NCBI GenBank assembly: GCA_964353255.1 | Contig: CAYGVJ010000007.1 | Location: 317 to 64,316, forward strand | Direction of reading: 5' to 3' | DNA length: 64,000 nt | Source: an uncultured Solibacteraceae bacterium | Lineage (GTDB): Bacteria > Acidobacteriota > Terriglobia > Bryobacterales > Bryobacteraceae | Shown here: piece by piece, positions 63,331-64,000 of the stretch | Position numbering within the stretch: the first letter of the stretch is position 1 | Layout of the letters: every line of letters begins with the position of its first letter | Position numbers and translations under genes: made by a program | Notes under the pieces: model-generated | The model's database searches: none | The model's input: the letters and a program-made list of their open reading frames with translations, nothing else | What the model was told of the DNA's origin: nothing

Positions 63331-64000
63331 ATGAAGAGAACGATTCGCGTGGCAATGGCGCTGCTGGGGACCGCCCTGCTGGCGCCGGCACAGACCAAGA
63401 AGGTAGTGATCACCAGCCCCGGAACGGCCTATTCGCAGTTCGGGCCCGCGGAAGTGGCCGAGTTGCGCGCGGCCGCGCCCGCCGTCAACCTTGTCCCTTA
63501 CGCCCAAGAGCGCATGATGGCGGAGGTGATTGACGCCGACGGCGTCATCGGCACGATCACGCCCGAGATCATCCGCGTGGCGAAGAAGCTGAAGTGGGTG
63601 CAGGTCGGCTCGGCGGGCGTCGAGCGGTATCTGACGCCGGAGCTGAAGAACAGCAGCATCATCCTGACCAACTGCAAGATCGTGCAAGGGCCGGAGATCG
63701 CCGATCACGCCTTCGCCTTGCTGCTGGCGCTGACGCGTGAGCTGAACCGCAGCATTCCGCGCCGCACCGAGGAGAGCTGGGCCACGCGTGACTACCGGCC
63801 CATCGAGTTGTATGGCAAGACCGCGGTGGTGGTCGGCGTGGGCGGCATCGGAAGCCAGATCGCGGTGCGGGCACAGGCGTTCGGCATGCGCGTGATCGGC
63901 GTGGATCCGCGCGATATGCCCTATGTGCCTTTCCTCCAGAAGTCGGTTCCGCCTGACCGGCTGGACGCGGTCCTGCCCGAGGCCGACGTGGTCTTCGTCT
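63331..64000 (+). CDS. D-2-hydroxyacid dehydrogenase family protein with a signal-like N-terminus (3'-truncated by the window end)
   Basis: ATG 63331. VAMALLGTALLAPAQ, then a catalytic-domain pattern and Rossmann motif VVGVGGIGSQIA. The ORF runs to the window edge. Confidence 0.75.
   Translation, partial: MKRTIRVAMALLGTALLAPAQTKKVVITSPGTAYSQFGPAEVAELRAAAPAVNLVPYAQERMMAEVIDADGVIGTITPEIIRVAKKLKWVQVGSAGVERYLTPELKNSSIILTNCKIVQGPEIADHAFALLLALTRELNRSIPRRTEESWATRDYRPIELYGKTAVVVGVGGIGSQIAVRAQAFGMRVIGVDPRDMPYVPFLQKSVPPDRLDAVLPEADVVFV

Overview
High-G+C bacterial chromosome segment. Gene content and style (many exported glycosidases, dense toxin-antitoxin load) look Acidobacteriota-like, but that is inference only. 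The backbone is housekeeping and metabolism: uvrC, selB, folC, plsC, murJ, hpt, tRNA-Asp, a B12-type diol dehydratase, glycoside hydrolases, a sulfatase, a tricorn-like protease and transporters. Three things stand out. (1) The first ~12 kb is a defence/TA-rich accessory patch. It holds an unknown 460-aa gene coupled to darT-darG, a two-gene HU-like + HU-like/TIR module, a DUF433/DUF5615 pair and an AbiEi/AbiEii pair. The last two sit between three successive copies of the uvrC 3' end, so cargo has repeatedly landed on one gene tail with no recombinase visible in the window. A BrnTA cassette at 20 kb shows the same signature: a 25-nt duplication of the last codons of an OPT transporter gene. 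(2) A ~17.5 kb co-directional, start/stop-overlapping cluster (36.2-53.7 kb) encodes an ECF sigma/anti-sigma pair and a complete T2SS-like machine (GspE, F, G, H/I/J-like, K, L/M/C-like, D). It ends with two REC-CpaE/TadZ-like ATPases bracketing a histidine kinase and a response regulator. The secretin carries a 15-nt tandem GYGMG repeat. (3) There are several decayed modules (a ParDE relic, a truncated vapC, a fucosidase pseudogene next to tRNA-Asp). Four enzymes from normally cytoplasmic families carry signal-peptide-like N-termini. My best candidates for an undescribed system are the HU-like/TIR pair, the three-gene DarTG variant, and the tail-duplicating cassette insertions. No CRISPR array, rRNA, transposase or integrase was seen. 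All homology calls come from motif recognition by eye, not from searches.
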